Below are positions 37,480 through 51,067 of a stretch of DNA of 64,000 bases, piece by piece. Source of the DNA: Octopus vulgaris (Eukaryota); the NCBI GenBank assembly GCA_951406725.2, contig OX597817.1, forward strand, positions 139,438,001-139,502,000, read 5' to 3'. The position numbers and the translations under genes were made by a program. Numbering within the stretch: position 1 is the first letter of the stretch; every line of letters begins with the position of its first letter. The notes under the pieces are model-generated. The model saw nothing but the letters and a program-made list of their open reading frames with translations, made no database searches and was not told where the DNA came from.

Positions 37480-38445
37480 AAAAGTGCAGAAAAAGCTTGC
37501 TGCTGCTCACGCCTGCATTTGTGTCAATGTATAAATGAAGGGGTTGTAAATGCAGCCAACAGAAGGGAAATAGAATGAAGATACTTGTAGGAAGGTAGAC
37601 TGGGGAAATGTATGTTAATGGGTGGTAGACAAGAAAATACATCTTGCTGGTGGGAGATGAAGAAAACAGATTCTTCTAGGTAGAGAACTAGGAAAACAGG
37701 GATTCTGATCAGGTTGACTATCATCATCGTTTAACATCCGTTTTCCACGTTAGCATGGGTTGGGCGGTTCGACCAGGGTCTGGAAGCCATGGAGGCTGCA
37801 ACAGGCTCCAGTCTGATTTGGCATTGTTTCTACAGCTGGATGCCCTTCCTAACACCAACCACTCCGTGAGTGTAGTGGATGTTTTTTACGGGCCACAGGA
37901 GACTGGCAAACGGCCACGATCGATTGGTGCTTTTACGTGTCACCGACACAGATGCCAGTCAGGTGGCGCTGGCATCTGCCATGTTCGGACGGTGCTTGCC
38001 TTTTACTGTGTCACCAGCACAGGTGTCTTAACTACTATGAAAATAAATATTACCAAGTGGTAGATTAAGAAAAATACATGTTAATAAAGTACAAAGTCTG
38101 TTGAGGGGCAAATGCTGGGCAGGGGACTGGAAAAATATTTGTCTCTGGGAGGTAGAAAATAGAAAAAATTTTGCCAGATGGTAGACTAGGAAAATAAATA
38201 TTACTAGCTAATAAGACTAGTGAAAGATGCGTTAATGTGTGGTTGAGTAGGAAAATACAATACAGTGCTAGACTAGGAAAATTCCTGTCTACTGCATGGT
38301 AGACATGCGTAATACATGTTACTAGTGTGTTTTCCTGTAAAATATATACCACTACATGGTAGACTTGGAAAATATGTGTTGCTGTATGAGAGACTGGAAA
38401 TACATTTTTGTATAGCTGAGAAGGAAAATACATGTTACTGGATAA
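37480..38445. repeat. Degenerate minisatellite, unit about 30-33 bp (ggaaaatacatgttact..ggtagact), split by an RTE short copy
   Basis: Recurring gtagactaggaaaata motif on both sides of the 37720-38035 insertion. Confidence 0.7.
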
Positions 38446-38573
38446 CGGAATTATATGTTTAAAAGAGTTTAAAATGTTGAAATGATAAATTTTGACTGAA
38501 AAGAAATTGTAAACTATTTCGCTTTGGGATTTGGTTTGCAAGATTCTTTATATGAGTTCGTGTGTTGAAGCAT

Positions 38574-38795
38574 ATTCTATTGTGTCTGGGGAGAGTCATT
38601 TTCTTTTTGTGCCTTATTGTATAACACACTCACCGGTAAAATTTCCACTTTTTTCTTATTTTATTTTCTTCAAGACGCAATGAAAATTTTAGGAAAATAA
38701 AAATAAGAAAAAAGTGGAAATTTTACCGGTGAGTGGTGAGTGTGTTACACAATAAGGCACAAAAAGAAAATGACTCTCCCTAGACACAATAAAAT
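38574..38795. repeat. Foldback with about 95-bp arms; single-arm copy at 18962-19076
   Basis: attgtgtctggggagagtcattttctttttgtgccttatt..accggtaaaatttccactt mirrored downstream. Confidence 0.88.
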
Positions 38796-41700
38796 TGTAA
38801 ACTGTTCCATTATTGTTATATTATTCCATAGATTTTCCAATCTGCTTACATAAACTAGGAATTACTGCCATAATTCTTTTAATCTCGTTTTTTTGGGTTT
38901 TTTTTAGGATTCTTAAAAGTATTGATTCCACAATTTACATATTTTTGTCTTTGAGCTATCTCATAAATTATGCTATTTTTGTGCCATTATTTGGTCAATG
39001 TTCCACTTGACCAGATGATATTTCATGTTGGTTGGCTACTGTTAATTTGTGCAATAACAAGTTGAAACATGGTTCCAAATCGTTAAAAACAGTTTGGCTG
39101 ATTTGACAACCAAAACAAAAACAGTTCACAGCTGATGGCTGACAGAGGACAAAGTGTGAAAGTGTTTGTAAACTGTGAACCCACCAAACAAATAAAATAT
39201 GCAAATATGGACTGAGCTGTTGTAGTCACAAAATGTTTTTCATTACAAAAATGTTTGTTCAGAAGTTTTGAGGTCACGAATTGTCGGCTTGTTTCAATGT
39301 GAGTGATTACGAAAGTAGGAAACTTGAAAGATATTCATAGATATAACAACAATAATTAATTATACTGGCTCGTTTATTTCTTAAATACCAACAAAAATGG
39401 AGATGGCATCAGATCTGGAGTGTAAAATGATATAATAATAATTACACAGCACTATTTTAGAATGTGAATGCATTCTAAAATAGGACAAAAATCAAAAATG
39501 GCGACTTTTAGATATTAATGTTCAACAATCAAGGTGAAGTTAATATTTATATTGTAGAAAGTGTACGTAGATATTGTCATGTTTTAATTTCAGCAAAAAG
39601 AAAAATCACAGAATTTGTATGTGTATTAAAACTGGTAAAAACAGTTCTGTTGAGGCTAGACCAAGGTTACCATCTAACTAGTTTGCAGAGAAAGAGGTTA
39701 AAACAAGATAGCAAAATAACAACTTACACATGTTCATTTATTTGTTTTACATCCATTTCTCCATGCTTGCATGGGTTGGAGGAATATGTTATTTGAGACA
39801 TTATGTTACAGCTGCATATCACTCCTGGCACACCATTCACCTGTTTTTCAAATAAGAGATCACTTATTCCACAAAGACACCACTTGTATGACAGTGATAC
39901 CTGTTCATAAATATCAAACGATGTCAAGACAAGGAGACACGTATACACACACACATATTGTACAGTTGTATGTGTGGTTGTACATATACCACACGTGGTT
40001 CCTTTATAATAATGACAAGGATTTCAGTTCAGTTATTCAGGAATCAAATAAAATTTATTATATTTATACTTTTGTTGTTTAGAGTAATTCACTTCACCTT
40101 ACCACAGTATCATTTATAGTGACTGAAGCAAAGCCATTAAGACTGGAATTTCTTTGCCAGAAGCACATTATATGATAACAGAAAACAAAAATTGATGACC
40201 TTTTGGTCAGTTTTCTGGAAGCTTATTGATTCATGCAGGTGCAATTCTCATGTCAAAAAAATTCTAATGATCTTTCTTGGACATTCATAGAAGGAAATTG
40301 GTAAGTTCATTTGCTTTGAGGAATGAATCATTAAGAAACTCCTTTATGGACAAATTCTTGCCAACAACACAGTTTCCTTATGTTGCAGATTTTAAACCGT
40401 TTCATGGAAACTTGATTAGTTTTGTGAAATCTGTAGAGATAACTTGCCTTTTCAATAGATATAAATGAAGAAAGTGATATTGATTGAAGAATCTTCAACG
40501 GAATCTTGAATGTTCTGTCATTCCTGCCTTTTCTGAAGATGAATAGGTGATGAAATAAACTCTGTATCTTTAACAAGCTATGCAACAGGTTAACCAAAAT
40601 TAAGGTTCTGATTTACCATTTTGACAAACAAAATGAATTTCTCATTGATGTTTAACTTGACTTCAAGTATTTCTGCAGTTTCATGATGCAATTGAATGTG
40701 TGTACCAATGGAGTTGATCGATCAATGATGTTCTTCCTTTACAAGAATATAACTCACCTTCATAAATTCTTACAACTTGACTGCTTGCATTAAGAATTGG
40801 TCGATTTTTATATTTCATTTACATTGCACTGTTCTCTTTTTCTCTATTTCTTCATCATCATCATCATCATCGTTTAACATCCGCTTTCCATGCTAGCATG
40901 GGTTAGATGGTCCGACTGGAGTCTTGGAAGCCAGGAGGCTGCACCAGGCCCAGTCTGATCTGGCAGTGTTTCTACAGCTGGATGCCCTTCTTAACGCCAA
41001 CCACTCTGCGATTGTAGTGGGTGCTTTTTACATGCCACCAGCACAGGTACCAGGGGAGGCTGGCAACAGCCACGATCGGTTGGTGCTTTTTACGTGCCAC
41101 CGGCATGGAACGTTTCTAAAATCAAAAGCAGAATTATCAATATCAAGATTAGGGCTTACTAAAACTGTGTTACCAAAAGTCCATTTCATCAGTCCTGAAG
41201 TGTTTTTATTCCTTGTTCAGTTAACTATTTTATGACTGCATTTGTAAAGAAATACACATTTGCTCATGTTTTCAATTAATTTTGCAAATAAGTCAAGAAT
41301 TTTGAAGGTTTTTGTGGAAGTAACTTTTTCATTAAGTTACTGTTTAGAACCTCACACCAAAACATCAAAATGTTTTCCCATAAAATTTTTATGAGAGGTT
41401 TTAATTTAGGTTTGAATATTTTAAAACAAGAAGTTTTGTATCATAGAAGCAGAGATGGCCTCAAAGTTGGTTAATGTCAAAAGAATTAAGATAATATGGG
41501 ATTATTAGAACTAATGGTAGACTTTGAAAACTGAGTCCAGGGAGTTTTCTCTGCTCTGCTGTATCTCTGACCAAGAAATCTAATTTTCCTTGCATTCAAA
41601 CAAGATACAGCATTGATTATTAATTTGAATTTCTTTTCTTTCATTAAAAAAATTGTTAAATTTAAGTAAAATCACAAAAGAATTTTGCAAAACCATTCTG

Positions 41701-43466
41701 ACATTGTTGTTGATTATCTCAAAGACTCTGTTGAAGTCTGAAGACAGAAACCTGTTGACCAATCAGTTTTACACTAAATACTTGTTGAATATCCAGATAT
41801 CCACCATAATTTACAACTTGCACCACAAACATGAGTTCAGCATCTACAACTTGTTGACCACAAGACTGACAATTGCCCATTGTCAGATGAAGATGGTGAA
41901 AAGATTTACTTGGAAGAAATAAATGTGTGAAATTGAGTTGAGTTTCACTTTTTTTTTCTGTTGCATATTTATTTCTTTTTATTCTGTCTGTTCTCAGAAA
42001 ATATTGAATTTGTCAGTAAATGCCAAATTAGAAATTTATTTTTATCCCTTGGAAGACCAACTCAAAGACTTAAAACAGTTTTGTTTCCTTTTCATCCTAT
42101 CTATGATTCAATGGTACATTTATCTGTGGGACTGTTCATAACCTGAAAGTAAAAATGATTTCACATGAACACAAGTTGCCAAATTTGCAAGGAAAGAGTT
42201 TAGCCGGTGGAACTGACCACAGCTTATGACAGATTAACTCCAGAAGGATAAATGGTAAGTGAACACTGGTTGGATCTAAACTCAACATGTAAGATGAAAC
42301 TGATTATGGAAAGGTTAATTGCAGATGGTCAATTCTTATTAAGAAAGGAGTATAGTTTGTTGAGTTAATACCAGTATATTACTGGTACTTGTGTTATTGA
42401 CAACAGAGAATTGAAAGGCAAAAATAATTCCATTAGGTTTTGAACTTAGAAACAAACTAAATTCTGTAAAAGAATTTCTGTTTCAAAAATAATACAAAAA
42501 CAGTAGATGATTAAATGTAACCTTTTGTTTGAACCATCATCATCATCATTGCTTTAGCATTCACTTTGCAATGCTTGAATGAGTCAGAGGGAATTCACTG
42601 AGTTAAATTTTCTATGTTTTGATGCCGTTCCTGTCACAAACAATGCTTCCATTGCAGGTTATATCTCTCTTTGGCCAGACATGTTTTCATTGAAAGTAGA
42701 CCTACATTATTTTTCCTTTTGTTTCAATTACTATTGACTTAGACACAGAAATGTGCCTTTTTATAATACTGTATCCCAAGCTACATAATCTAATGTGTCT
42801 ATATTCAAAGCAGGATTCCATACCCAAATCTAAGGCTTTGTTCAATCAACCATTCAAGAAAAAGAAAACTAACAAGAAACATAACATATATATAAGAAGT
42901 GGCATAAACTATAACAACAGAACAAGAAAATGTTACAAAGGAAGAAAACAAACAAAACCTAAGCCCTCATCATCTGTATCACTAAAGTTGATAGCAGTTT
43001 CAATGCCTTAGATAGAACTGCACACCTTAGGGTTATCAACTATAGGATATGATAAATAGACAATAGAAAAAGAGATTTGGGTGTAGACTCCTGTCTTAAA
43101 TATAGGTTCATTTGATTATGTAGCTTGGGATACAGTATTATAAAATTACTGAGCAGAAAAAACAGGATCTTCATAACTGCATCTTCCATATAAAGTCTTC
43201 TCAATCAAAGCTGACTTTGAGCTGAACTACAACAGCAGCAGTAGTAACCTCTGGTCTATACATAGTTAATTACCAATATATTGGTCCATACATGGCTAAT
43301 TACTAATATAATGATCAGTACATTAATTACTAATATATTGACCTGTGCATAGCTAATTATCAATCTATTACATACTTGTTTCTCTTAACATAAATGCTAA
43401 ACACAATGGGAAATAAAATGACTAAATGGTGTTAGGAAGATTTGAAACCTTCACCAATTCACTTAC

Positions 43467-43672
43467 TCTCCATTTTAGGTAAAATTAATATGTTTCTTTT
43501 TTCAGGTTCATTCAGCTTGATTTTCTTTTTTTCAAAATGGCTGAGTCTATCTTGTATTTTGCTCTGGCCACTTCTTGCATAAAGACTGGAGAAATGGTGC
43601 TGCAGGAATTGAAAACGTTGCTGGCTTTGGCTGGAAGAGCTTTTGCCATCTGATTGGCGATTTTCCATTGGT
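43467..43672 (-). CDS. Probable CDKL C-terminal tail exon
   Basis: Long polypyrimidine tract + ttccag|PMENRQSDGKSSSSQSQQRF...LPKME|gtaagt; phase 2 start fits the 49179 donor. Confidence 0.62.
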
Positions 43673-43861
43673 CTGGAAATACAGTGAAAGAGTAAAGAAA
43701 GGAGAAAGGAAGGCAGGAAAGAAGAAAGGTAGGTATTAGAGGGGAAGGTAAACAATGTAAAAACAAACAAAGCAAAGAAAGGACAATTTCTGTGGCAGTG
43801 GCGATAGTAATGATGGTGGTGGAGGGGTTGATTAACAGGACAATTACAATGTGCCTTGAAT

Positions 43862-44062
43862 AGCACACTGCACTCTACAGTGCACTCATAACTACACTCT
43901 ACACTGTACTCAACACTGTGCTTAACACTGCACTCAATACAGCACTCAACACAGCACTCTATACTGTACCGTACACTTGACACTTCACTCTACACTGCAC
44001 TCTACACTTCATTTTACACTGCACTCGACATTGTACTCTACACGGCACTCTACACGGCACTC
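43862..44062. repeat. 11-bp minisatellite (acactgcactc-type)
   Basis: Tandem imperfect units; source of the SVEC-repeat ORF. Confidence 0.85.
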
Positions 44063-44631
44063 ATATACATGATAGAGAGTATAGAGTAGAGTTATAAAGT
44101 CAGCTAGAGTCTAACATTACTATAGTGAAGAACCTTTAAATCATTACAAACTCTTTTGTGGCTCACCTTTAGTTATGGGGCCATCCAAGCAGAGCCAAGT
44201 GGGAATTATGGAATACATAACAACCACAGTTACATATAACTGCACCACAACATCTCTATGTAACAGTACAGGGTCTCGTTTAAACTCCATCTCTGATACT
44301 GACACAATGAACAGATGCCATTTGCAATCAGCTCATCACAATATAAGTAAACAGACATAAAAACTAGGACAATGAGGATTTGATGTCCAATTTTCCAAGC
44401 AAGGCTTAGACAGGTCTTCTCTATTGCAGTGCCTTACTCACGTTTGTAATAATCCTTTGTCATCAGCTCCCTAAAATTCCTCATCTTTGCATGAAGTCTT
44501 CCCCTTGAACATGATCCTTCTTCTGCTTGGATTACCTCTTTACCCAACTGATACCCTCCATTTACATCACACACCCATTCTCACTTACAAAGATCTTCTT
44601 CATCTCAATCTCTGGTTTGAAAATAAAAAAA

Positions 44632-45124
44632 TAATGAAATTATTGTATACAGTGCTCAGGTGCACCACAACTTGTCAAAAGTGCATATAAAGCATATGCA
44701 GTAATGTACAAATGTCTGGAAAGCGAACAGTGTATGAGTCAGATACATGCTTGCATGTGTATGGAGGGGAGAAAATCAGGTGTAGTGTTGGCGAATCTAG
44801 GAAGCATGGAAGTTTTGAAGGATGCAGTGCTCCGACAACTAACAACTGAAGCTGGCAGTTTGCTCCATGCTTCAGCAACTCTTAGTGTGAAAAAATGCTT
44901 CCGAAAGTCATGGGAGCTGTGCTGTTTTCTGACTTTGTAAACATGTCCACGGGTGTTAGACAGGTGGAGTTTGAAAAGGTGCTCAGAGTTATTGTTTGTA
45001 AGATGGTTAATAATTTTATGGGTGTCTGCCAAGTCAGCTGCCAGACGTTGGAGTTTCAATGTATCCATGCCCAGGGAAGTAAGGCGTTCAGAATATGGCA
45101 AATGCCTGATGGAGGGTATTCTCT
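44632..45124 (-). mobile_element. CR1-like LINE 3' fragment (same family as 58415-59460)
   Basis: IPSIRHLPYSERLTSLG..NTRGHVYKVRKQ..LRVAEAWSKLP plus a shared 3' UTR. Confidence 0.88.
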
Positions 45125-46465
45125 TGTTCTGCTGTTTTGTTTTGTCGTTTCTTGTCGCTTCATTTCTACTCACTCATCCATGCACACAAATACATTACAC
45201 AACCAGCATAGCTTCAACACATCACTTCTTCCCAACCTTTACCCACAGGCTCCACATTCATTACCCATGTTTCACAACCTTGCAATGTTGCACTTTGTGC
45301 TCAAACATTTCCAAGAGAACACTTTTATCTCCAAGAATATTTTCCACTCTTATTTTGGCAACACTACTTCCTGAACAACCCCACTCAACTGCTAATTTCT
45401 TTCTTTATTGCCCACAGGGCGCTAAACACAGAAGGGACAAACAAGGACAGACAAAGGGATAAAGTCGATTACATCAACCCCAGTGTGTAACTGGTACTTA
45501 TTTAATCGACCCTGAAAAGGATGAAAGGCAAAGTCAGCTCAGAATGTAGCAGCAGACGAAATACCGCTAAGCATTTTCTCTGGCGTACTAACGATTCTGC
45601 CAGCTCGACATTATTTCATACTTGGTGAAGGTACATGGCTCAGTGGTTAGAGTGTTAGGATCACAATCATGTGGTAGTGAGTTCGATTCCCAAACCAGGC
45701 TGTGTGTTGTGTTCTTGAGCAAGATGTTTTACTTCATGTTGCTTCAGTTCACTCAGCTGTAGAAATGAGTTGCTGAATCGGTGCCTTTGCCTTTCCCTTG
45801 GATAATATTGGTGGCATGGAGAGAGGAGGCTGGTATGCATGGGCTAATGTTGGTCTTCCATAAACAACCTTGTCTGGCCTTGTGCCTCGGAGGGAAACTT
45901 TCTAGGGACAATCCCATAGTCATTCTTGACCGAAGGAGATTCTTATCTTTTATTATGTTATACTTGGTTTTAACAGAAAAAAAACCCCAGGAAAGTGTCT
46001 CATACACAGGACAAAGTTAAGAGTGCAGCTTATACACAGGTAAATTTGACAGGTGACCCAAGAGAAACTCTCAATTACTTTTTGAGAACCTTCTAGACAG
46101 TTGAAAGAATTCATTTCTTGTCAACTCTTCCTGTTAACTTTTCCTAAGTATTTGTGTCACATATGAAGTCAACCTCCTCTCTCAGCCTGTCTGCAAGCTC
46201 ACTCCATTTTTTCTGCACACATACTTTACATCTGTGCACAGTACAGAGTTCCTACCAATTCCTCCTTTTCTGCATACTGAAGATGGTCTCTCCTCCTCTA
46301 ATGGCACCAGAGTCCTGCTTCCTTTCCTGCTAACTACAACTTTTGGTTTTGCTAGGTTTACCAAAACAAAACCCTATTATTCTACACTTTACTTCCTCCA
46401 TCCTACACCAATATGAACAGTGAACATGAAACAATGATGAAGATGCTGTTGCTGTTGCTGTTGAC

Positions 46466-46826
46466 TGAACGGCCTCGTCCCAGAGCTCGCAAGATGGGAG
46501 AAGTCCGAATCGTGGTCCTTTGCTATTTGTAAGACCCGCAGAAGAGAAAGCAGGTCAACCCCCGACACCGAGAGCATCGACGGATGGATGAATGCGCATC
46601 CAGGCTCAGCGGTTGCATAGAAAATCAGGGATAAGAAACAGGAAGAAAGAGTGAGAGAAAGTTGGAGCGAAAGAGTATAACAGGGGTTGCCACCACCACC
46701 CTGCCGGAGCCTCGTAGAGCTTTAGGTGTTTTCACTCAATAAACACACATAACGCCTGGACTGGGAATCGAAACCGCGATCTTCCGACCACGAGTCCACT
46801 GCCCTAACCATTGGGCCATTGCGCCT
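46466..46826 (-). mobile_element. tRNA-derived SINE (family C)
   Basis: Minus-strand head gcgcaatggcccaatggttagggcagtggac..cggtttcgattccc; (caa)n-like tail; another tRNA-head SINE at 45630-45940 (+). Confidence 0.75.
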
Positions 46827-47452
46827 CAACTTCTGCTGCTGCTGCTGCTGATGATGACGACAATATATCTATATATATTACACACACACACACACATACT
46901 TCGCATCATCATCATCTTTTAACGTCTGCTTTCCATGTTGGCATGGGTTGGACAGTTTGACAGGAGGAGGCCAGCTGGGGCACTGTCCACACTACCAGTT
47001 GTCTGTAGTAACATGGTTTGCCCAGCTGGATGCCTTTCTTAATGCCAACCACTTCACAGAGTGTGCTGGGTGCTTTTTACATACCACTGGCACTAGTGCA
47101 TTTATGCAGCACCATCATGGATGCATTTTACATGGCACCGGCCCCTCCTAAAGACATGCCCCTGTGTGTGGGAGACAGTTATTTTACTTAGCTTAACATA
47201 TCTTCTCAACTACAGCAAATCACCCCACAACTGCTGGCCCCTTGTCATTTCCTCAGTGATGCCCATCATCTGAAAATCCTTTCTCACCACTTCACCACAG
47301 GTCTTCCTGGGTCTACCCCTTCCACAGGTTCCCTCCACAATATGAGCTCAGTGCTTCTTTACATGGCTGTCGTCATCCATACATGTCACATGATCAAACC
47401 AGGGCAGTCTCCTCTCTTGCACACAATATCTAATGTCATATGTATATATACT

Positions 47453-47606
47453 TATAAATTTGACATGGGCGATTCTTTCTTGTCTTGGGATTCACGGTCA
47501 AACGGTTGGGTGGAATTGCGTAAAAATTACACAGATGTGTAGAATGATTCGGTGGTGATGCTGAGCTTTGTATTTTTTTCATAGCTCCCATGGTTACCAA
47601 GATAAT
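47453..47606 (-). CDS. Possible CDKL tail exon (tentative)
   Basis: tagtag|IILVTMGAMKKIQSSASPPNHSTH...RKNRPCQIY|gtatat is open, but needs an additional phase 2-to-0 exon (candidate 47881-47947, weak splice sites). Confidence 0.25.
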
Positions 47607-48319
47607 CTACTATAATAATACTCTTGTGTTTATGAATGAGAAAGGAAGGGGTGGTAGATGAATAAGGAAGGAAGGGGTGATGTCATACTTGGTAAGAGGA
47701 AAGGATGATAGATAAATAAGGAAGGGGTGATGTCATAATTGGTAGTGGGATGATGAAAATTGTATGCTGAAAAACTTAAATCAAACAGCGTTTCAACTCT
47801 GTGTGAATATATGTGTGTATATTTAAAAGGGGAGGGGTATGTGAATGTGTGTGTGTGTGTATGTGTGCATGTGCGCGCACAATGGAAGTGGGATGGTTCA
47901 TCTTTATTCGTTTAGTATTTTGGTTTATTTTTTGATTTGGTTGAATACTGGTTGTTTTTTTTTGTTGGTCAGTTATTTTTAGCATTGTGACAAGAAAAAG
48001 TCATTCTGAAATTGTTTTTTAATGTAACCAGGCTTAGCTCCTAGTATATATATATATATATATATATTTATTATCATCATCATCATTTAATGTCTGCCTT
48101 CCATACATATATACATGCGTGTGTGTGCATGTATACACACTCACGGACACACTTATGTATGTAACAAGAAGTACTGAAGAAACCATGTCCATGTCATGCA
48201 ATTCCACAGTCGCAAGAATGATGATGATGGTCATGAAAACAACAACAGTGATGATGACAACAATGATGGTTAAGACAACGATGGCAATAAGAGATGGCAA
48301 GAAGAGATATTAGCACCAA

Positions 48320-48338
48320 ATGTGTGTGTGTGTGTGTG

Positions 48339-48380
<42 letters not shown>

Positions 48381-48885
48381 ATGTGTATGTGTGTGTGTGT
48401 GTGCATGTGTATGTCTGTGTGTGTGTGTGAGTTGATTTGGCAGATGGAAACTGAAAGAAGCCCATCGTATATATGTGTGTGTGTGTATGTGTTTGTGTGT
48501 ATGTGTGCATGTGTATGTGTGCATGTGTATGTGTGTGTGTGTGTGTGCGTGTGTATGTGTGTGTGTTTATGTGTGTGTGTGCATGTTTATGTGTGTGTGT
48601 GCGTGTGCGTGTGCATGTGTGTGTGTGTGTGTGTGTCATATGTGTATACGGGTGCAGGTGTGGCCATGTGGTAAGAAGTTTAATTCTCAACCACATGGTT
48701 CTGGGTCCCATTCTACTGCGCTGTCACCTTGGGCAAGTGTCTTCTACTATAGCCTCGGACCAACCAAAGCCTTGTGAGTTGATTTCACAGATGGAAACTG
48801 AAAGAAGCCCGTCGTATATATATATGTGAGTGTGTGTGTGCGTGCATGTGTGTGTGTGCGTATGTATATATCTATGTGAGTGTGT
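48320..48885. repeat. Long compound (TG)n microsatellite with SINE fragments; similar tracts at 57514-57745 (TG) and 18600-18905 (CA)
   Basis: Direct inspection. Confidence 0.95.
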
Positions 48886-49178
48886 CTTTGTGTCTGTTCT
48901 TGTGCTCCACCACAGCTTGACAACCGGTGTTGGTGTGTTTACATCCCCACAACTTACCAATTCCGTTAAAGAGACCAACAGAATAAGTACCAGGCTTAAA
49001 AGAATAAGTCCCGGGATCAATTCATTCGACTAACAATTCTTCAATGCTGTGCCCCAGTATGGCTACAGTCTAATGACTGAAATGAGTAAAAGATCAAAGT
49101 GAAAAGATACCTGCTGCCCTTGCAATATTGAAATGGTGAACTTATTAAGAAGGAACTCTGCAAAAGAAATCAACTTAC

Positions 49179-49378
49179 ATTGTTTGTATGCTTTGTTTAG
49201 AAATATATTTATGGCTGATTGGCGGCATGGCATCAGATATAGTGCAGTGATCAGGTCTAAGGATGGCATTGTCTTCGTTCCATGAATGTGTCAACTTTTT
49301 TTCTTGTTCCACATGAGGAAATATGCTGAACCATTTCGATACTTCCGTTGGTTTCTTGTTAATTCTTCCATTATTTTC
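49179..49378 (-). CDS. Probable CDKL C-terminal tail exon
   Basis: tttaag|ENNGRINKKPTEVSKW...DAMPPISHKYISKQSIQT|gtaagt; open frame, phase 0 fits the preceding exon, ends phase 2. Confidence 0.6.
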
Positions 49379-51029
49379 CTTAAAAAATTCATTAAAGATC
49401 AACTATAAATTTCCTCCAATCACAAAATCAGGTTCCGTACTCATAAATAACAATTTTCTTTCCTGAATAAAATTGATAAACTTCTTTGCTAAAACCATTG
49501 ATTGTATAAATAGCCTATCCCTCAAGGGACAACAGCTGTGATATTTTAATGGTTATGATCCCATACAGTGGAAACAATGACCCAGGTTCAAATCCTAGTT
49601 TACAGCAGCCTTCATTAATTTTTCTCTTCAACCTACCCCTGCACTGAGAACAGACGTAAAATAGTGATGGTGATGATGATGATGAATGTTTTACCATCAT
49701 CATCATCATCTACTGACTGCAACTGTTGGACACGATGTGAGAGGAGTCGCATATCCCATCCCATCCTCAGTGTCCTGAGCTTAATCCCTTGTTGTCGAGT
49801 CATCACTGCCTTCGAGGGTTTTGAAAGGGATCCACAGTTCACCCTTCCATGGTTCCATTCTCAAATAATGGCTTGGCTTGCAGGTGGATAACCCTTGGCG
49901 CTTATGAAGTGCATGGAAGGGTTCAGCTGTGCTTCTGCAATATCATTGGTCAGAGCAGAATACATGGCCACACTGGAACACAATGGATGTTAAATGATGA
50001 TGATGATGATGATGGTATTCCAGTATTCTATTATGACATGTAAAGTATGATGTGTATGTGTATGCATATGTGTGTGTATGTGTGTGTGAGTGTACATGCA
50101 TACACATATTTACATAAACACACACACACACATGTATCATCATCATAATGATCATCGTTTAACATCTGCTTTCCATGCTGGCAGGGGCTGGACCGTTTGA
50201 CATAGAGCTGGCTAGCTGGAAGATGTTCAGACTCCACTTGTTTGTTGTGGCATGGTTTCTACAGCTGGATGCCCTTCCTTACACCAACCACTTAGCAGAG
50301 TGTGCTGGATGCTTCTTATGTGCCACTGGCACTGGGGCATTTATGCTGCACCAGCATGAGTGCATGTCATGTGACACTGGCATGGGTGCTTTTTATGGGG
50401 CACTGGCACCTGAAAGGACCAGCCTGTATGTGCGGAAGACAGGGATTTTATTTAGCCTGACGCAATTTTTATCAAGTACAGCAAATCACCACATCTCCTG
50501 GCCCCTTGTCATTTCCTCAGTGAGGCCCAGCTTATGAAGATCCTTTTTCACCACTTCGTCCCACCCATTCCTGGGTCTAACCCTTCCACAATTAGAGCTC
50601 AGCACTTCTTTATGCAGCTATCCTCATCCATACGCATCACATGACCAAACCATTGCAGTCTTCTCTCTTGCATACAACATCTGATACCTCTTACACCCAG
50701 TTTTCCTCTGAAAATCATTCACACTCTCTCATGCACACACACACTGACATTACCCATCCCAGCAGAGCATGCTACTTTCATTTCTTCACATGTCCTCCTG
50801 TAGTCAAAGCCCATGTTTCACTGCCATGTAACATAGCTGTACATACACACAGACATCTTACAGTCTGCCTTTCACACTGAGGGAGAGGCCCTTAGTCACC
50901 AACAAAGGTAGAAGCTCTCTGCCCAGCCCATTCTTATTCTAGCAATTACATTTTCAGATCTCCTTCTACCACTACTAACTTGATCTCCTTGGAAACAGCT
51001 GTCTACAACTTCTAATGATCCCCATGAGC

Positions 51030-51067
<38 letters not shown>

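Noticed and set aside
41735-41760. ctgaagacagaaacctgtt hammerhead-like string
   Set aside because: No stem II and no convincing stem I; likely chance
43459-43983. 174-aa ORF as a standalone gene
   Set aside because: The N-terminal part is minisatellite plus polypyrimidine tract; only 43467-43672 behaves like an exon
46752-46826. tRNA-like sequence
   Set aside because: The acceptor stem is imperfect and it continues into a repeat body and tail, so it is a SINE head
48194-48829. Overlapping ORFs rich in CV/HT repeats (also 18389-18973 and 57429-57922)
   Set aside because: Translations of (TG)n/(CA)n microsatellites
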